Shown here one piece after another: positions 10,532-20,735 of a stretch of 64,000 nucleotides of DNA. The stretch lies in IMG/VR virus record IMGVR_UViG_3300047284_000516, positions 1 through 64,000 of that record; one strand, given 5' to 3'. The stretch is from a virus. The notes beneath the pieces are model-generated. The model searched no databases and had not been told where the DNA came from. It saw only the letters and a program-made list of their open reading frames with translations. How positions within the stretch are numbered: the first letter of the stretch is position 1; each line of letters opens with the position of its first letter. The position numbers and the translations under genes were made by a program.

Positions 10532-10778
10532 ATTGGTAAAAATAGTTGGTGAAGAAATCACTCTTAGCGCAGCTAATGATGTAGCAACTGCCACAGTGGT
10601 TCGTATATACAATAATAATGCTGGTGCAGTTTTAATTACAAGACGTGATGAAGATACTAATATCCTTGGTACCATGACAACAGCTCCTGGTGAAGTTTTG
10701 TATCTAGTTAAAACCGCTACCGATACCTTATCTACTAATACTGGTTCGGTCCTTGCAACTCCTACTGCATACCTATAA
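10524..10778 (+). CDS. Small beta-rich hypothetical virion protein
   Basis: ORF MAELVKIVG... within the head operon, GGAG upstream. Confidence 0.5.
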   Translation: MAELVKIVGEEITLSAANDVATATVVRIYNNNAGAVLITRRDEDTNILGTMTTAPGEVLYLVKTATDTLSTNTGSVLATPTAYL

Positions 10779-10782
10779 CGCC

Positions 10783-11439
10783 ATGAAACTATTTACAGAG
10801 ATTACAGAAGAAGTTCAATGTATAGTAGAGGAAAAGGATGGAAAGAGAAATCTTTTTATTCAAGGTCCTTTCATACAAACCGAAAAGGTCAACAGAAACA
10901 ATCGTATCTATAGAAAGCATATCGTAGAAAAGGAAGTTGGTCGATATGTTCAGAATTATATTAATGCAAACAGAGCACTTGGTGAACTAGGCCATCCAGA
11001 AGGACCTTCTATAAATCTAGACCGAGTAAGTCATAAGATTGTTAGTCTTGTTCCCGAGGGAAATGACTATATTGGTAAAGCTCAAATTTTGGATACCCCT
11101 ATGGGTAACATTGCTCGTAATCTAATTGAAAGTGATGTGGTAGTTGGAGTGTCCACTCGCGGATTAGGATCAATCAGAGAAAAGAATGGTATTATGGAAG
11201 TTCAGGATGACTTCTTTTTAGCTACGGCTGCGGACATTGTTGCTGATCCATCTGCACCTGATGCATTTGTTCAAGGCATTATGGAAGGTGTGGAATGGAT
11301 TTGGGAAAACAATCGCCTCAAAGCAAAACAGCTTGAGGAAATCAGAGATGAAATTAAGGCTACTAGCAAGAGAAATCTTGAAGAAGCAAAGATTAAAGCC
11401 TTCCATAGTTTCATGAATTTAATATCAAAACAACACTGA
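10783..11439 (+). CDS. gp21: Prohead protease gp21
   Basis: ALGELGHP, GVSTRGLGS, DIVADPSAPDA; start reassigned to MKLFTE. Confidence 0.95.
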   Translation: MKLFTEITEEVQCIVEEKDGKRNLFIQGPFIQTEKVNRNNRIYRKHIVEKEVGRYVQNYINANRALGELGHPEGPSINLDRVSHKIVSLVPEGNDYIGKAQILDTPMGNIARNLIESDVVVGVSTRGLGSIREKNGIMEVQDDFFLATAADIVADPSAPDAFVQGIMEGVEWIWENNRLKAKQLEEIRDEIKATSKRNLEEAKIKAFHSFMNLISKQH

Positions 11440-11440
11440 T

Positions 11441-11448
11441 TATAAATA
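11441..11448 (+). promoter_or_regulatory. T4-type late promoter
   Basis: Exact TATAAATA before gp22. Confidence 0.85.
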
Positions 11449-11477
11449 ATCACGTTATTTACTAAAGGAGTAATAGC

Positions 11478-12476
11478 ATGTCCAAAAAACAATTAGATGA
11501 AAAGCTGGTTTCTGGTGGTGGCGAGACAGGTGTTTCTCACACTGCTGATCCTGCTGATAAGTCTGCTACTCTCCCAGCATCTAAACTTGGTAATGGTGAG
11601 CCAATGAAGAAGATTGATGATCCATCGAATACAGGTGTTGAGGAAACAGATCCTGCTTCCAATTGCAAGGCTACAGGTGATAACTCAGCTTCTAACAGAG
11701 ATTCTGTTGATATGAAGGGAAGTGCTGCAAGTGCAAAGATTCCTTCTATGAAAGAAGATGTTGATGCGCTGTTTCATGGTGAGGAGCTCTCTGAGGAGTT
11801 TAGAGAGAAAGCAACAACAATTTTTGAAGCAGCAGTTACAGCAAGAGTTACGGAAGCTATTGAAGCTTACGAGCAACAAATTGAAGCAACATTGCAAGAA
11901 GCAAAAGCAGCATATGAAGCTGACCTTTCAGAGAAGCTTAGCTCATATATTGACTATGTTGTTGAGCAGTGGATGGAAGAGAATCAAGTTGCTATCGAGT
12001 CTTCCTTAAAAACTGAAATGACAAACGATTTTATTCAGAAACTCCACACATTATTTGTTGAGAGCTATGTAGAAGTTCCTGAAGATAAAGTTGACGTTCT
12101 AGGTGAAATGGCCTCAAAGGTTGAAGAACTAGAAGCAAAATTAAACGAAGCCCTTAATGAAAACATCCAGTTGACAAATCAACTTCATGAAACCGCTCGT
12201 GATAAAATCCTCAAGCATGTGTCTGAAGGTCTTACAATGACTCAGGTCGAGAAGTTTACGACACTTGCCGAAAGCGTTGAGTTTGACTCAGCAGAAACCT
12301 TTGAAAAGAAACTCCTCATTGTCAAGGAGAATTATTTTCCTGCAGTCAAAACTACAACATCCCTTAACGAAGAAATGCTAGTTGAGGATGAGGGTGGTGA
12401 AGAGGATGTTAAGAAGGTGTCTTCTGGTTCAATGGCTAACTATGTCGCAGCTATTTCTAGAACACTGAAAAAATAA
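11478..12476 (+). CDS. gp22: Prohead scaffolding protein gp22
   Basis: ELSEEFREKATTIFEAAV, YVVEQWMEEN, coiled-coil character; precedes gp23. Confidence 0.93.
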   Translation: MSKKQLDEKLVSGGGETGVSHTADPADKSATLPASKLGNGEPMKKIDDPSNTGVEETDPASNCKATGDNSASNRDSVDMKGSAASAKIPSMKEDVDALFHGEELSEEFREKATTIFEAAVTARVTEAIEAYEQQIEATLQEAKAAYEADLSEKLSSYIDYVVEQWMEENQVAIESSLKTEMTNDFIQKLHTLFVESYVEVPEDKVDVLGEMASKVEELEAKLNEALNENIQLTNQLHETARDKILKHVSEGLTMTQVEKFTTLAESVEFDSAETFEKKLLIVKENYFPAVKTTTSLNEEMLVEDEGGEEDVKKVSSGSMANYVAAISRTLKK

Positions 12477-12480
12477 CATT

Positions 12481-12488
12481 TATAAATA
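12481..12488 (+). promoter_or_regulatory. T4-type late promoter
   Basis: Exact TATAAATA before gp23. Confidence 0.87.
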
Positions 12489-12527
12489 AAAATAACCCAA
12501 ATTTTACTAGGAGAGGGGAAACCAACC

Positions 12528-13850
12528 ATGTACTTAAACGAAGAAATCCAAAACAAGTGGGCTCCTGTACTGGATCATAATGATCTCGGTGCAATTAAGG
12601 ACTCACACAAGCGTGCTGTTACAGCCGTTATTCTTGAGAACACAGAGCGCGCTCTGAGAGAATCTGCTGGTCTTGGCGCACAGCAATCTCTGCTTGAGAC
12701 ATCGTCTATCGTTCCTGCTAATGCTACAGGCAGCGCAATCGACAACTTCGATCCAGTTCTTATTTCGCTGGTTCGTCGTTCGATGCCTAACTTGATTGCT
12801 TATGACATCTGCGGCGTTCAGCCAATGACAGGTCCTACAGGTCTGATTTTCGCAATGCGTGCTCGTTACGGTAACCAAACAGGTACAGAGACATTCTATA
12901 ACGAAGTTAACACAGCATACAGCTCTGTTGTTTCTGGTGCTAACACACTGGGTCAAAAGCATGTTGGTGGCGTTCCTACAACTGCTAACAATGCTGAAGC
13001 AGGTGTTTATAACTTCGGTTCCGGCATGTCTACTGCTCAAGCAGAAGCACTCGGTACAGACAGTAACACAGACTTTGCTCAGATGGCATTCTCGATTGAG
13101 AAGGTTACTGTTACAGCTAAGTCCCGTGCTCTGAAAGCTGAGTACACAATGGAACTTGCTCAGGATCTGAAAGCAATTCATGGTCTTGACGCTGAGACAG
13201 AACTCTCTAACATTCTGTCTGCTGAAATTCTTGCTGAGATCAACCGTGAAGTTGTTCGCACAATCAACGTTACAGCTGTCCGTGGTGCTGCAGAAGGCAC
13301 AACAACTGCTGGTATCTTCGATCTGGATACAGATTCGAATGGTCGTTGGTCGGTTGAGAAGTTCAAGGGTCTGATGTTCCAAATCGAGCGTGAAGCTAAT
13401 GCAATTGCTAAAGCAACACGTCGTGGTAAAGGTAACCTGCTGATCTGCTCATCGGATGTTGCGTCCGCTCTGCAGATGGCTGGTGTTCTTGACTACACTC
13501 CTGCTCTTAACAGCAACAACCTCAACGTCGATGACACAGGTGCCACATTTGCTGGCGTTCTGAATGGCCGTATGCGTGTTTACATCGATCCATATGCAAC
13601 AGGTAACTATATGACAGTTGGCTACAAGGGCTCGTCTGCCTTTGATGCTGGTCTCTTCTACTGCCCATATGTTCCTCTTCAGATGGTTCGTGCAGTTGAT
13701 CAAGGCTCCTTCCAGCCAAAGATCGGCTTCAAGACACGTTATGGCATGGTTGCAAACCCATTTGCTGAAGGTGCTGCAGAAGGTCTTGGCGCTCTCACAA
13801 AGGACAGCAACGTTTACTACAGACGCGTTCTTGTTAACAACCTGATGTAA
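12528..13850 (+). CDS. gp23: Major capsid protein gp23
   Basis: GVQPMTGPTGLIFAMR, KSRALKAEYTMELAQDLKAIHGLDAE, FQPKIGFKTRYG. Confidence 0.99.
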   Translation: MYLNEEIQNKWAPVLDHNDLGAIKDSHKRAVTAVILENTERALRESAGLGAQQSLLETSSIVPANATGSAIDNFDPVLISLVRRSMPNLIAYDICGVQPMTGPTGLIFAMRARYGNQTGTETFYNEVNTAYSSVVSGANTLGQKHVGGVPTTANNAEAGVYNFGSGMSTAQAEALGTDSNTDFAQMAFSIEKVTVTAKSRALKAEYTMELAQDLKAIHGLDAETELSNILSAEILAEINREVVRTINVTAVRGAAEGTTTAGIFDLDTDSNGRWSVEKFKGLMFQIEREANAIAKATRRGKGNLLICSSDVASALQMAGVLDYTPALNSNNLNVDDTGATFAGVLNGRMRVYIDPYATGNYMTVGYKGSSAFDAGLFYCPYVPLQMVRAVDQGSFQPKIGFKTRYGMVANPFAEGAAEGLGALTKDSNVYYRRVLVNNLM

Positions 13851-13900
13851 TAAAGGTTGACCTGCACAACTATAATTACTATAATAGTGCGCAGAACTTT

Positions 13901-13925
13901 AAGGGGGCCTAGTGCCCCCTTTTTT
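13901..13925 (+). terminator. Intrinsic terminator after gp23
   Basis: AAGGGGGC-ctagt-GCCCCCTT followed by a T-run. Confidence 0.85.
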
Positions 13926-13941
13926 ATTATAGGAGAAGAAC

Positions 13942-14457
13942 ATGTCAGCATATGATCTACAACCAGTCAACAAGAACTTCTTATCTCCATTGGGATTCAG
14001 CTTCAAGATTAAGAAGGCTCCTAATGTAAACTACTTTGTTCAGTCTGCAAATATACCCTCGGTATCAATAGAAACGGCTGAGGTATACAATCCGTTTGTC
14101 AAGGTTCCCTTTGCTGGATCAATGCTTCAGTATAGTACTTTATCTGTTACATTTAAAATAGATGAGGATATGAAAAACTATTTGGAGATTATGGCGTGGT
14201 TGGAGGGAATTGGATTTCCGGAGAAGTTTCAGCAGTATCAGGACATTGCATCAAGATCGTTTGGAGATGGTCTAACCTCTGATGTATCCTTATTCGTATT
14301 AACAAGTGGTAAGAATCCTAACAGAGAAGTAGTATTTTATGATGCCTTTCCTATTGACCTTTCAGAGGTTATGTTTGATACTACTCAGTCAGATGTGGAG
14401 TATCTTACAGCTACTGCATCTTTCCGATATAGGCAATTTAAAATACAGAACATATAG
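13942..14457 (+). CDS. gp3: Tail completion protein gp3
   Basis: NFLSPLGF, YFVQSANIP, IDEDMKNYLEI, DAFPIDLS; position between gp23 and uvsY. Confidence 0.85.
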   Translation: MSAYDLQPVNKNFLSPLGFSFKIKKAPNVNYFVQSANIPSVSIETAEVYNPFVKVPFAGSMLQYSTLSVTFKIDEDMKNYLEIMAWLEGIGFPEKFQQYQDIASRSFGDGLTSDVSLFVLTSGKNPNREVVFYDAFPIDLSEVMFDTTQSDVEYLTATASFRYRQFKIQNI

Positions 14458-14460
14458 CAT

Positions 14461-14895
14461 ATGAAACTTGAAGATATTTTTACATTATGGAAGCAAGATA
14501 CCCAGATAGATCGATCGGAGTTGGGTCTTGAGAGTCTAAAAATCCCCCAACTCCACGAAAAGTATTTCAGCATACTTTCCACAGAGCGAATGATCTTGAA
14601 AAAGTTGGAAAAGGAATTCAAACAACTTTATAGAGCTAAGATAGAATACTATAGTGGTACAATTAGCGAAGAAGAGCTCGCTGAGTGGGGTTGGCAACCA
14701 TTCACCCTTAAAGTAATCAAGAGTGACATTTCTATCTACACAAGTGCCGATAAGGATCTGAGTGCTGCGGAGCTCAAGATAGATCTTCAAAACGAAAAGG
14801 TACAACTACTCGAATCTATTATTAAAAGCATTACCAATAGAGGGTTTGCGATTAAAAATGCAATAGATTGGGAGAAATTTAAGATGGGTGCATGA
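14461..14895 (+). CDS. uvsY: Recombination mediator UvsY
   Basis: ESLKIPQLHEKY...RGFAIKNAIDWEKF. Confidence 0.9.
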   Translation: MKLEDIFTLWKQDTQIDRSELGLESLKIPQLHEKYFSILSTERMILKKLEKEFKQLYRAKIEYYSGTISEEELAEWGWQPFTLKVIKSDISIYTSADKDLSAAELKIDLQNEKVQLLESIIKSITNRGFAIKNAIDWEKFKMGA

Positions 14896-16352
14896 CAGAC
14901 AAGCTAATTATTGAGAAGTTAAATGATGTGTATATGAGGATACAATCCGATGCTAGTGTAGCAATGGAGCTCTCGGAGCATTTTACATTCTCAGTACCAA
15001 ATGCAAGATTCTCACCACAGTTTCGTAATAAGGTGTGGGATGGGAAGATACGTTTGTTTGCGCTCGCTGGCCGGACCTTGTACCTCGGTTTGATACCCTA
15101 TGTGGAGGAGTTTGCTAAACAACGAAATTATCAAATTGAATATGTTAATCGAAATGACTTTTGCTCAGAGTCTTTTTCTATTCAAGAAGCAAATGATTTT
15201 GCTTCAACCCTTTCCCTACCTCTGTCCCCAAGAGACTATCAGATAGCAGCCTTTACGCATGCAGTAAGAAATAGAAGGGCTCTATTACTTTCTCCTACAG
15301 CTTCAGGTAAGTCCTTGATCATATATCTTCTGACCAGATATTATGAATCTAAAAAGAAGACTCTAATCATTGTACCAACAACTTCTTTGGTTCATCAGAT
15401 GGCATCAGACTTTGAAAGCTATGGTGCAGCAAAGGATTGGAGTCATAAAATATTTTCTGGAGAGGAGAAAATTACTGATCGTCAGGTAATCATAACGACA
15501 TGGCAATCAATTTACAAGCTGCCAAAGCCATGGTTTGCTAAATTTGATACAGTAATAGGAGATGAGGCGCATCTATTTAAAGCCAAGTCATTGATATCCA
15601 TCATGAGCAAGCTAGAATCGTGTTCTAACAGGTTTGGATTCACTGGGACATTGGATGGCACTCATACAAACAAACTCGTCTTAGAGGGGCTATTTGGCGC
15701 CGTAAAACAGGTAACAACAACAGCTGAGCTAATTGAACAGAAACACCTCTCTGCTTTTAAAATCAAGGCTATCATTCTCAAGCATCCAGATGGTATATGC
15801 GAGCAATACAAAAAGAGCACCTATGATGAGGAGATCAACTATCTTTTTACATCGCAAAGTAGAACAAACTTTATTGTAAACTTGATTATTTCTTTAAAAG
15901 GTAATACACTACTGCTGTTTAAGACTATTGATCATGGCCAAAGATTGTATAGAGAGATAGGGGATCAAATAGAAGATGGTAGAAAGATTTTCTATGTTGA
16001 TGGTGGTGTTGATGGAGTAGTAAGAGAGGAAACAAGGAAGGCAATAGAACAGGAGGAGAATTCCGTTATTGTTGCATCACTTGGTACTTTCAGCACAGGA
16101 ATCAATATTAGAAACCTACATAATATTGTGTTTGCTAGTCCCAGTAAGTCGAGAGTGAAGACTCTTCAATCCATAGGCAGAGGTCTTAGAAAAAGTGACA
16201 CAAAAACATTAGCTGTTTTGTATGATATTGCTGATGATATGTCATGGAAATCACGTAACAACTTTACATTACTTCATTTTGCAGAGAGAATAAAAATGTA
16301 TAATGAGGAGATGTTCGATTATAAGACATATAATGTCAAACTAAAGGAGTAG
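14892..16352 (+). CDS. uvsW: SF2 helicase UvsW
   Basis: SPTASGKS, DEAH, LQSIGRGLR. Confidence 0.96.
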   Translation: MTDKLIIEKLNDVYMRIQSDASVAMELSEHFTFSVPNARFSPQFRNKVWDGKIRLFALAGRTLYLGLIPYVEEFAKQRNYQIEYVNRNDFCSESFSIQEANDFASTLSLPLSPRDYQIAAFTHAVRNRRALLLSPTASGKSLIIYLLTRYYESKKKTLIIVPTTSLVHQMASDFESYGAAKDWSHKIFSGEEKITDRQVIITTWQSIYKLPKPWFAKFDTVIGDEAHLFKAKSLISIMSKLESCSNRFGFTGTLDGTHTNKLVLEGLFGAVKQVTTTAELIEQKHLSAFKIKAIILKHPDGICEQYKKSTYDEEINYLFTSQSRTNFIVNLIISLKGNTLLLFKTIDHGQRLYREIGDQIEDGRKIFYVDGGVDGVVREETRKAIEQEENSVIVASLGTFSTGINIRNLHNIVFASPSKSRVKTLQSIGRGLRKSDTKTLAVLYDIADDMSWKSRNNFTLLHFAERIKMYNEEMFDYKTYNVKLKE

Positions 16353-16356
16353 GACC

Positions 16357-16749
16357 ATGACAGTCACAATCCTTAAACTAGTTAACGGTGTTGAGGTCAT
16401 CGGGGAGAATATAGAAATGACGTCAACATTTATAGTACTTAAGCATCCTATGCAGGTACTATATAAAATGGGATATGGGAATCTTCCCAATATTTCCTTG
16501 GTTAAGTATAGCGTGTTTGCTGATGGAGAAGATATAACCTTTCCATTTACACACATTATCAATGTCATTACACCAAGGACAAAGTTTGTAGATTTTTATA
16601 AGACAGCAGTGAATACATTACTTACAGAATATGAAGGGGTAATTGATGATCAACTTGATAAAGCTATTGACCGAGAACAATCCAATGAAGATCTCAGCGA
16701 ATACATGAGCAGCGTTCTAGAAAATTTTGACTCAACGACCCAACATTAA
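16357..16749 (+). CDS. Conserved-position hypothetical protein between uvsW and gp55
   Basis: ILKLVNGVEVIG N-terminus, AGGAG SD. Confidence 0.6.
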   Translation: MTVTILKLVNGVEVIGENIEMTSTFIVLKHPMQVLYKMGYGNLPNISLVKYSVFADGEDITFPFTHIINVITPRTKFVDFYKTAVNTLLTEYEGVIDDQLDKAIDREQSNEDLSEYMSSVLENFDSTTQH

Positions 16750-16750
16750 T

Positions 16751-17314
16751 ATGACAACACACTACGTAGACAACAGTAAACTATTTGAAGAGATCAAGAT
16801 CTACAGAATAGGGGTATTGGAATTCAAAGCTGGCACACGGAAGGTAAAACCTAAGATTCCGGAATACATTGGTACTTGTATCCTTCTAATAGCAAATAGA
16901 TTATCTCATAAACCCAATTTCATTAACTACTCATACCGTGAAGAAATGATTAGTGATGGAATTGAAAATTGTATCAGCTATATTGATAACTTTGATCCCG
17001 AAAAGTCAGATAATCCATTTGCATATTTTACACAGATCATTTACTATGCTTTCCTGCGAAGAATTGCCAAGGAAAGAAAGCAATTATATATTAAGCACAA
17101 AACACTAGAAAATAATATGCTGATGAATATTTTGGTGGAACAGCATGGAAGCGATGAGAATGAATTCCAGCTTGATCTACAAGATATGGATTTTGAAAAT
17201 ATGAATGAATTCATCAGATCATTTGAACAAAACATTGATAAGAGAAAGACCAAGAGACAAAAGGGTCTTGATCAGTTTCTAGAGGATGATAATGAAGATA
17301 GCAATACTGGGTGA
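16751..17314 (+). CDS. gp55: Late-transcription sigma factor gp55
   Basis: HYVDN, NFINYSYREEMISDGIENC, NPFAYFTQIIYYAFLRRI. Confidence 0.95.
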   Translation: MTTHYVDNSKLFEEIKIYRIGVLEFKAGTRKVKPKIPEYIGTCILLIANRLSHKPNFINYSYREEMISDGIENCISYIDNFDPEKSDNPFAYFTQIIYYAFLRRIAKERKQLYIKHKTLENNMLMNILVEQHGSDENEFQLDLQDMDFENMNEFIRSFEQNIDKRKTKRQKGLDQFLEDDNEDSNTG

Positions 17315-18356
17315 TGTTCACTTTGGAGCACGTAATGATAGTGTACACTTCTCAAAATTTTTCGAGAAGTTCTATCTAGATATATTCTTTCCCTATCTCG
17401 ACAAACATAAGATCACTACTATCTTTCAATTGGGAGATGTGTTTGATCGTCGCAAATACATCAACTTTGCATCTCTCCATGCATGTCGACAGTATTTTTT
17501 TGAACAGGTACAATCTCGCGGCATCGATACCTACATTTTAGCTGGGAATCATGATGTGTTCTATAAAAATACCAACGATGTAAACTCGTTAGAACTCCTT
17601 ACAAAGGAATACGATCGGGTTAAAATCATTGCATCACGCCCAAAGGAGGTGGAATTAGCCAACAACTCTTTCCTTTTTGTCCCCTGGATATGCGAAGATA
17701 ATTACGATCAGACGATCAGAACTTTAAAAACAACGCAGTCACCTGTAGTTTTAGGTCATCTGGAGCTAGCAGGATTTGAGATGACCAAGGGTCATATGAT
17801 TGAAGAAGGCATGGATCCTTCGCTGTTCTGTAGATTTGAGCATGTGTTTTCTGGACACTATCATCACAGATCATCAGCATACAACATAACATATGTGGGT
17901 ACACCATATGAAATAACATGGTCTGATTATGGTGATCAAAAAGGCTTCCATATCTTTGATACCGATACCAGAGAAGCAACCTTCATTACAAATCCGTTTT
18001 CTATATTCAAGAAGTTGTATTATAATGATAAGGATAAGGGCTCCGACTACATTGCATCAATAGGACTGGAGAACTATGTGGGTTGCTATGCAAAAGTTAT
18101 CGTTAAGGAACGTACAAATCAGTTCATGTTGGAAAGCTTAATTGATCAAATGGAGAAGATTGGTGTTGTTGATCTTCAGGTTGTCGAGGAGACAGCGTTT
18201 AGTGATAATTTAACTGAAGAGCAGATCATTAATGAAGCAGAGGATACGTTAACCATTCTTACAAAGTATACCGATCAGCTGGATGTTGGGGTGGACAATA
18301 AAAAACTGCAAGCATTGCTTACAGACCTTTATAATGAAGCGTTGAGTATTGAATGA
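17286..18356 (+). CDS. gp47: Recombination endonuclease subunit gp47 (Mre11/SbcD-like)
   Basis: GDVHFG, GDVFD, GNHD, SGHYH metallophosphoesterase motifs. Confidence 0.95.
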   Translation: MIMKIAILGDVHFGARNDSVHFSKFFEKFYLDIFFPYLDKHKITTIFQLGDVFDRRKYINFASLHACRQYFFEQVQSRGIDTYILAGNHDVFYKNTNDVNSLELLTKEYDRVKIIASRPKEVELANNSFLFVPWICEDNYDQTIRTLKTTQSPVVLGHLELAGFEMTKGHMIEEGMDPSLFCRFEHVFSGHYHHRSSAYNITYVGTPYEITWSDYGDQKGFHIFDTDTREATFITNPFSIFKKLYYNDKDKGSDYIASIGLENYVGCYAKVIVKERTNQFMLESLIDQMEKIGVVDLQVVEETAFSDNLTEEQIINEAEDTLTILTKYTDQLDVGVDNKKLQALLTDLYNEALSIE

Positions 18357-20071
18357 TTACATTTAACACCATCAAGTGGAAGAATTTTCTCTCGACGGGC
18401 AATGCTTTTACGGAAATAAATTTAAATTCACATCGAACATCATTAATTGTTGGTAATAATGGAGCAGGTAAGTCCACTATTTTAGATGCTTTGTGCTTTG
18501 CCCTATATGGTAAACCGTTTAGAAAGATTAACAAACCACAACTCCTCAATTCCATCAATGGAAAAGAATGTGTGGTTGAAATTGAATTTAGTGCTCACAA
18601 TAAAACATTTAAGGTTGTTCGTGGAATAAAGCCCAATATATTCAAGATCTTCCAGAATGGGGAAGTTATTAATCAACATGCTGATATGAAAGATTATCAA
18701 GAGTATTTGGAAAAGCAAGTACTGAAGATGAATTTCAAATCGTTTTCACAAATTGTGATTCTTGGAAGTGCATCCTTCGTTCCATTTATGCAGTTGTCTG
18801 CTGCCAATCGTAGAGAGATTATCGAAGATCTTTTGGATATTCAAATCTTTACTACAATGAATATTCTATTGAAGGAAAAGCTATCCCTTCACAAGGAACA
18901 TCTAACGAGTCTAGAATATAAGATTAAAAATCTCGAAGATCAAATAGAGATTGAAAAAAGGCATAACGACGATATTAAGGAATCAAAGGATGCCTCGATT
19001 AGTCAGAAGCAAAAGCAGATAGGGGATTTGCTAGCAGATAATCAGCTACTTTCAACTAAGGTTCAGGAGTTAATTGATCAGGTCAATCAATACAATCAGC
19101 AGCTCACACAAGAGACAGAAGCTGAAGATAAGCTAGACAAGTATGATAAAATGCATAGGACATGCATCACCAAATATACGCACCTCAAAAAAGAATTGAC
19201 GTTCTTTGAGGAGCATGATCAGTGTCCTTCGTGCAAGCAACCTATTCTCTCTGCATACAAAGATACTATTTTAGAAAACGATCGGGAGCAATTGAAGCAG
19301 TATGCTGAGGCAAAGCAAAAGCTGGAGCAGAAAAAGGCTAAAGTGGAGCAGCTAATTGATAGTTTTGCAGCCTTGCATAAGAAAATCAATCATCTACAGC
19401 AACAGATAGCTGACTATAATAACAAATCAACTCTCAACAATCGAATGATCGATATGATTAATAAGGATATCGAATCGTTAAAAGTTAACGAAGACCATCA
19501 TCAAAAAAATCAAAAGACAATAAAGGCACTACAAATTCAGCTTCGCAGTGTTGGAAATGAACGAGAGGATGCAGGAGAGCACAAGCGTATGCTTGATCTA
19601 GCTGCTACACTTCTCAGAGATGGTGGTATAAAGACTAAAATTATTAAGCAATATGTTCCAATTATCAATCAGTTGATTAATAAGTATCTAACATCAATGG
19701 ATTTCTTTGTCAATTTTGAATTGGATGAGAATTTCAATGAAACAATTAAGTCCAGATTTAGAGATGATTTTAGTTATGAGTCTTTTTCAGAGGGGGAAAA
19801 ATCAAGATTGGATCTAGCATTGCTGTTTACTTGGAGAGCAATTGCAAAGATGAGAAACTCGGCGAGTACCAATCTTCTAATATTGGATGAGGTATTTGAT
19901 GGTTCGTTGGATGGAACCGGTAATGATGAACTCTTGAAGATTTTAGACAGTCTGTCTCATGGTAACAACGTATTTGTTATCTCTCATAGAACCGATGCAA
20001 TGTTGGATAAGTTTGAGAGAGTTCTCAAGTTTGAAAAGCATAAAAATTTCTCTAGGATTGTTGAAGCATGA
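18353..20071 (+). CDS. gp46: Recombination ATPase gp46 (Rad50/SbcC-like)
   Basis: GNNGAGKST, CPSC zinc hook, FSEGE signature, LILDEVFD. Confidence 0.96.
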   Translation: MITFNTIKWKNFLSTGNAFTEINLNSHRTSLIVGNNGAGKSTILDALCFALYGKPFRKINKPQLLNSINGKECVVEIEFSAHNKTFKVVRGIKPNIFKIFQNGEVINQHADMKDYQEYLEKQVLKMNFKSFSQIVILGSASFVPFMQLSAANRREIIEDLLDIQIFTTMNILLKEKLSLHKEHLTSLEYKIKNLEDQIEIEKRHNDDIKESKDASISQKQKQIGDLLADNQLLSTKVQELIDQVNQYNQQLTQETEAEDKLDKYDKMHRTCITKYTHLKKELTFFEEHDQCPSCKQPILSAYKDTILENDREQLKQYAEAKQKLEQKKAKVEQLIDSFAALHKKINHLQQQIADYNNKSTLNNRMIDMINKDIESLKVNEDHHQKNQKTIKALQIQLRSVGNEREDAGEHKRMLDLAATLLRDGGIKTKIIKQYVPIINQLINKYLTSMDFFVNFELDENFNETIKSRFRDDFSYESFSEGEKSRLDLALLFTWRAIAKMRNSASTNLLILDEVFDGSLDGTGNDELLKILDSLSHGNNVFVISHRTDAMLDKFERVLKFEKHKNFSRIVEA

Positions 20072-20571
20072 CTTTTAAAATTGTACATCACACGCACCCA
20101 CTACTATCACAGAAACTTGAGTCATTTGACTTTCTCGATCCTCCTGTAGATCCAATAGAATTTGCAAAGGAACTATTTGAAACAATGATTGAAAGTGAAG
20201 CTATTGGCCTTGCAGCTAATCAATGTGGGTTCCCCTATAGGGTGTTCTGTATTAAATCCAATCCCGGTATTGTTTGTTATAATCCTAGGATAGTAGATTC
20301 TTCTACAAAAGAGGTCTTGTTGGATGAGGGGTGCGTATCCTATCCCAAATTATTTTTAAAGGTTAAACGACCACAAACTATTAAGGTTAGATACGATGAA
20401 CCGAATGGTAATACTGTAACAACAAAGTTTACTGGAATTACAGCAAGAGTATTTCTCCACGAGTATGATCATCTTGAGGGGATCAATTTCACAAGACGTT
20501 CAAATCGAATTCACTTGGACAGAGCACTTCGCCAGCAAAAATGGTTACTCCGTCACACTAAGCATGCTTAA
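20068..20571 (+). CDS. def: Peptide deformylase
   Basis: All three PDF motifs: GLAANQ, EGCVS, HEYDH. Confidence 0.92.
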   Translation: MTFKIVHHTHPLLSQKLESFDFLDPPVDPIEFAKELFETMIESEAIGLAANQCGFPYRVFCIKSNPGIVCYNPRIVDSSTKEVLLDEGCVSYPKLFLKVKRPQTIKVRYDEPNGNTVTTKFTGITARVFLHEYDHLEGINFTRRSNRIHLDRALRQQKWLLRHTKHA

Positions 20572-20725
20572 AGCGGCATGGAGGTTATGGGCAAAGGCTT
20601 TGGGAGAGAAGGCATCCCCAGATAATAAAGAAGCAGACCTTGTTGCTTGTATTAGAACAATAATTGTAGTAACATATCTTATGACTAACATTGTTATTGT
20701 AGCAGGGGTCATACATCATTGGTAA
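20564..20725 (+). CDS. Small membrane protein
   Basis: MLKAAWRLWAKALGEK... with a hydrophobic C-terminal helix; start reassigned to ATG 20564. Confidence 0.6.
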   Translation: MLKAAWRLWAKALGEKASPDNKEADLVACIRTIIVVTYLMTNIVIVAGVIHHW

Positions 20726-20735
20726 GGAACAAAAA

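Noticed and set aside
12603-13382. 259-aa minus-strand ORF inside gp23
   Set aside because: Antisense shadow of a strongly codon-biased gene; no SD or recognisable motifs. The same applies to the other antisense ORFs within gp18, gp44 and ahpC.
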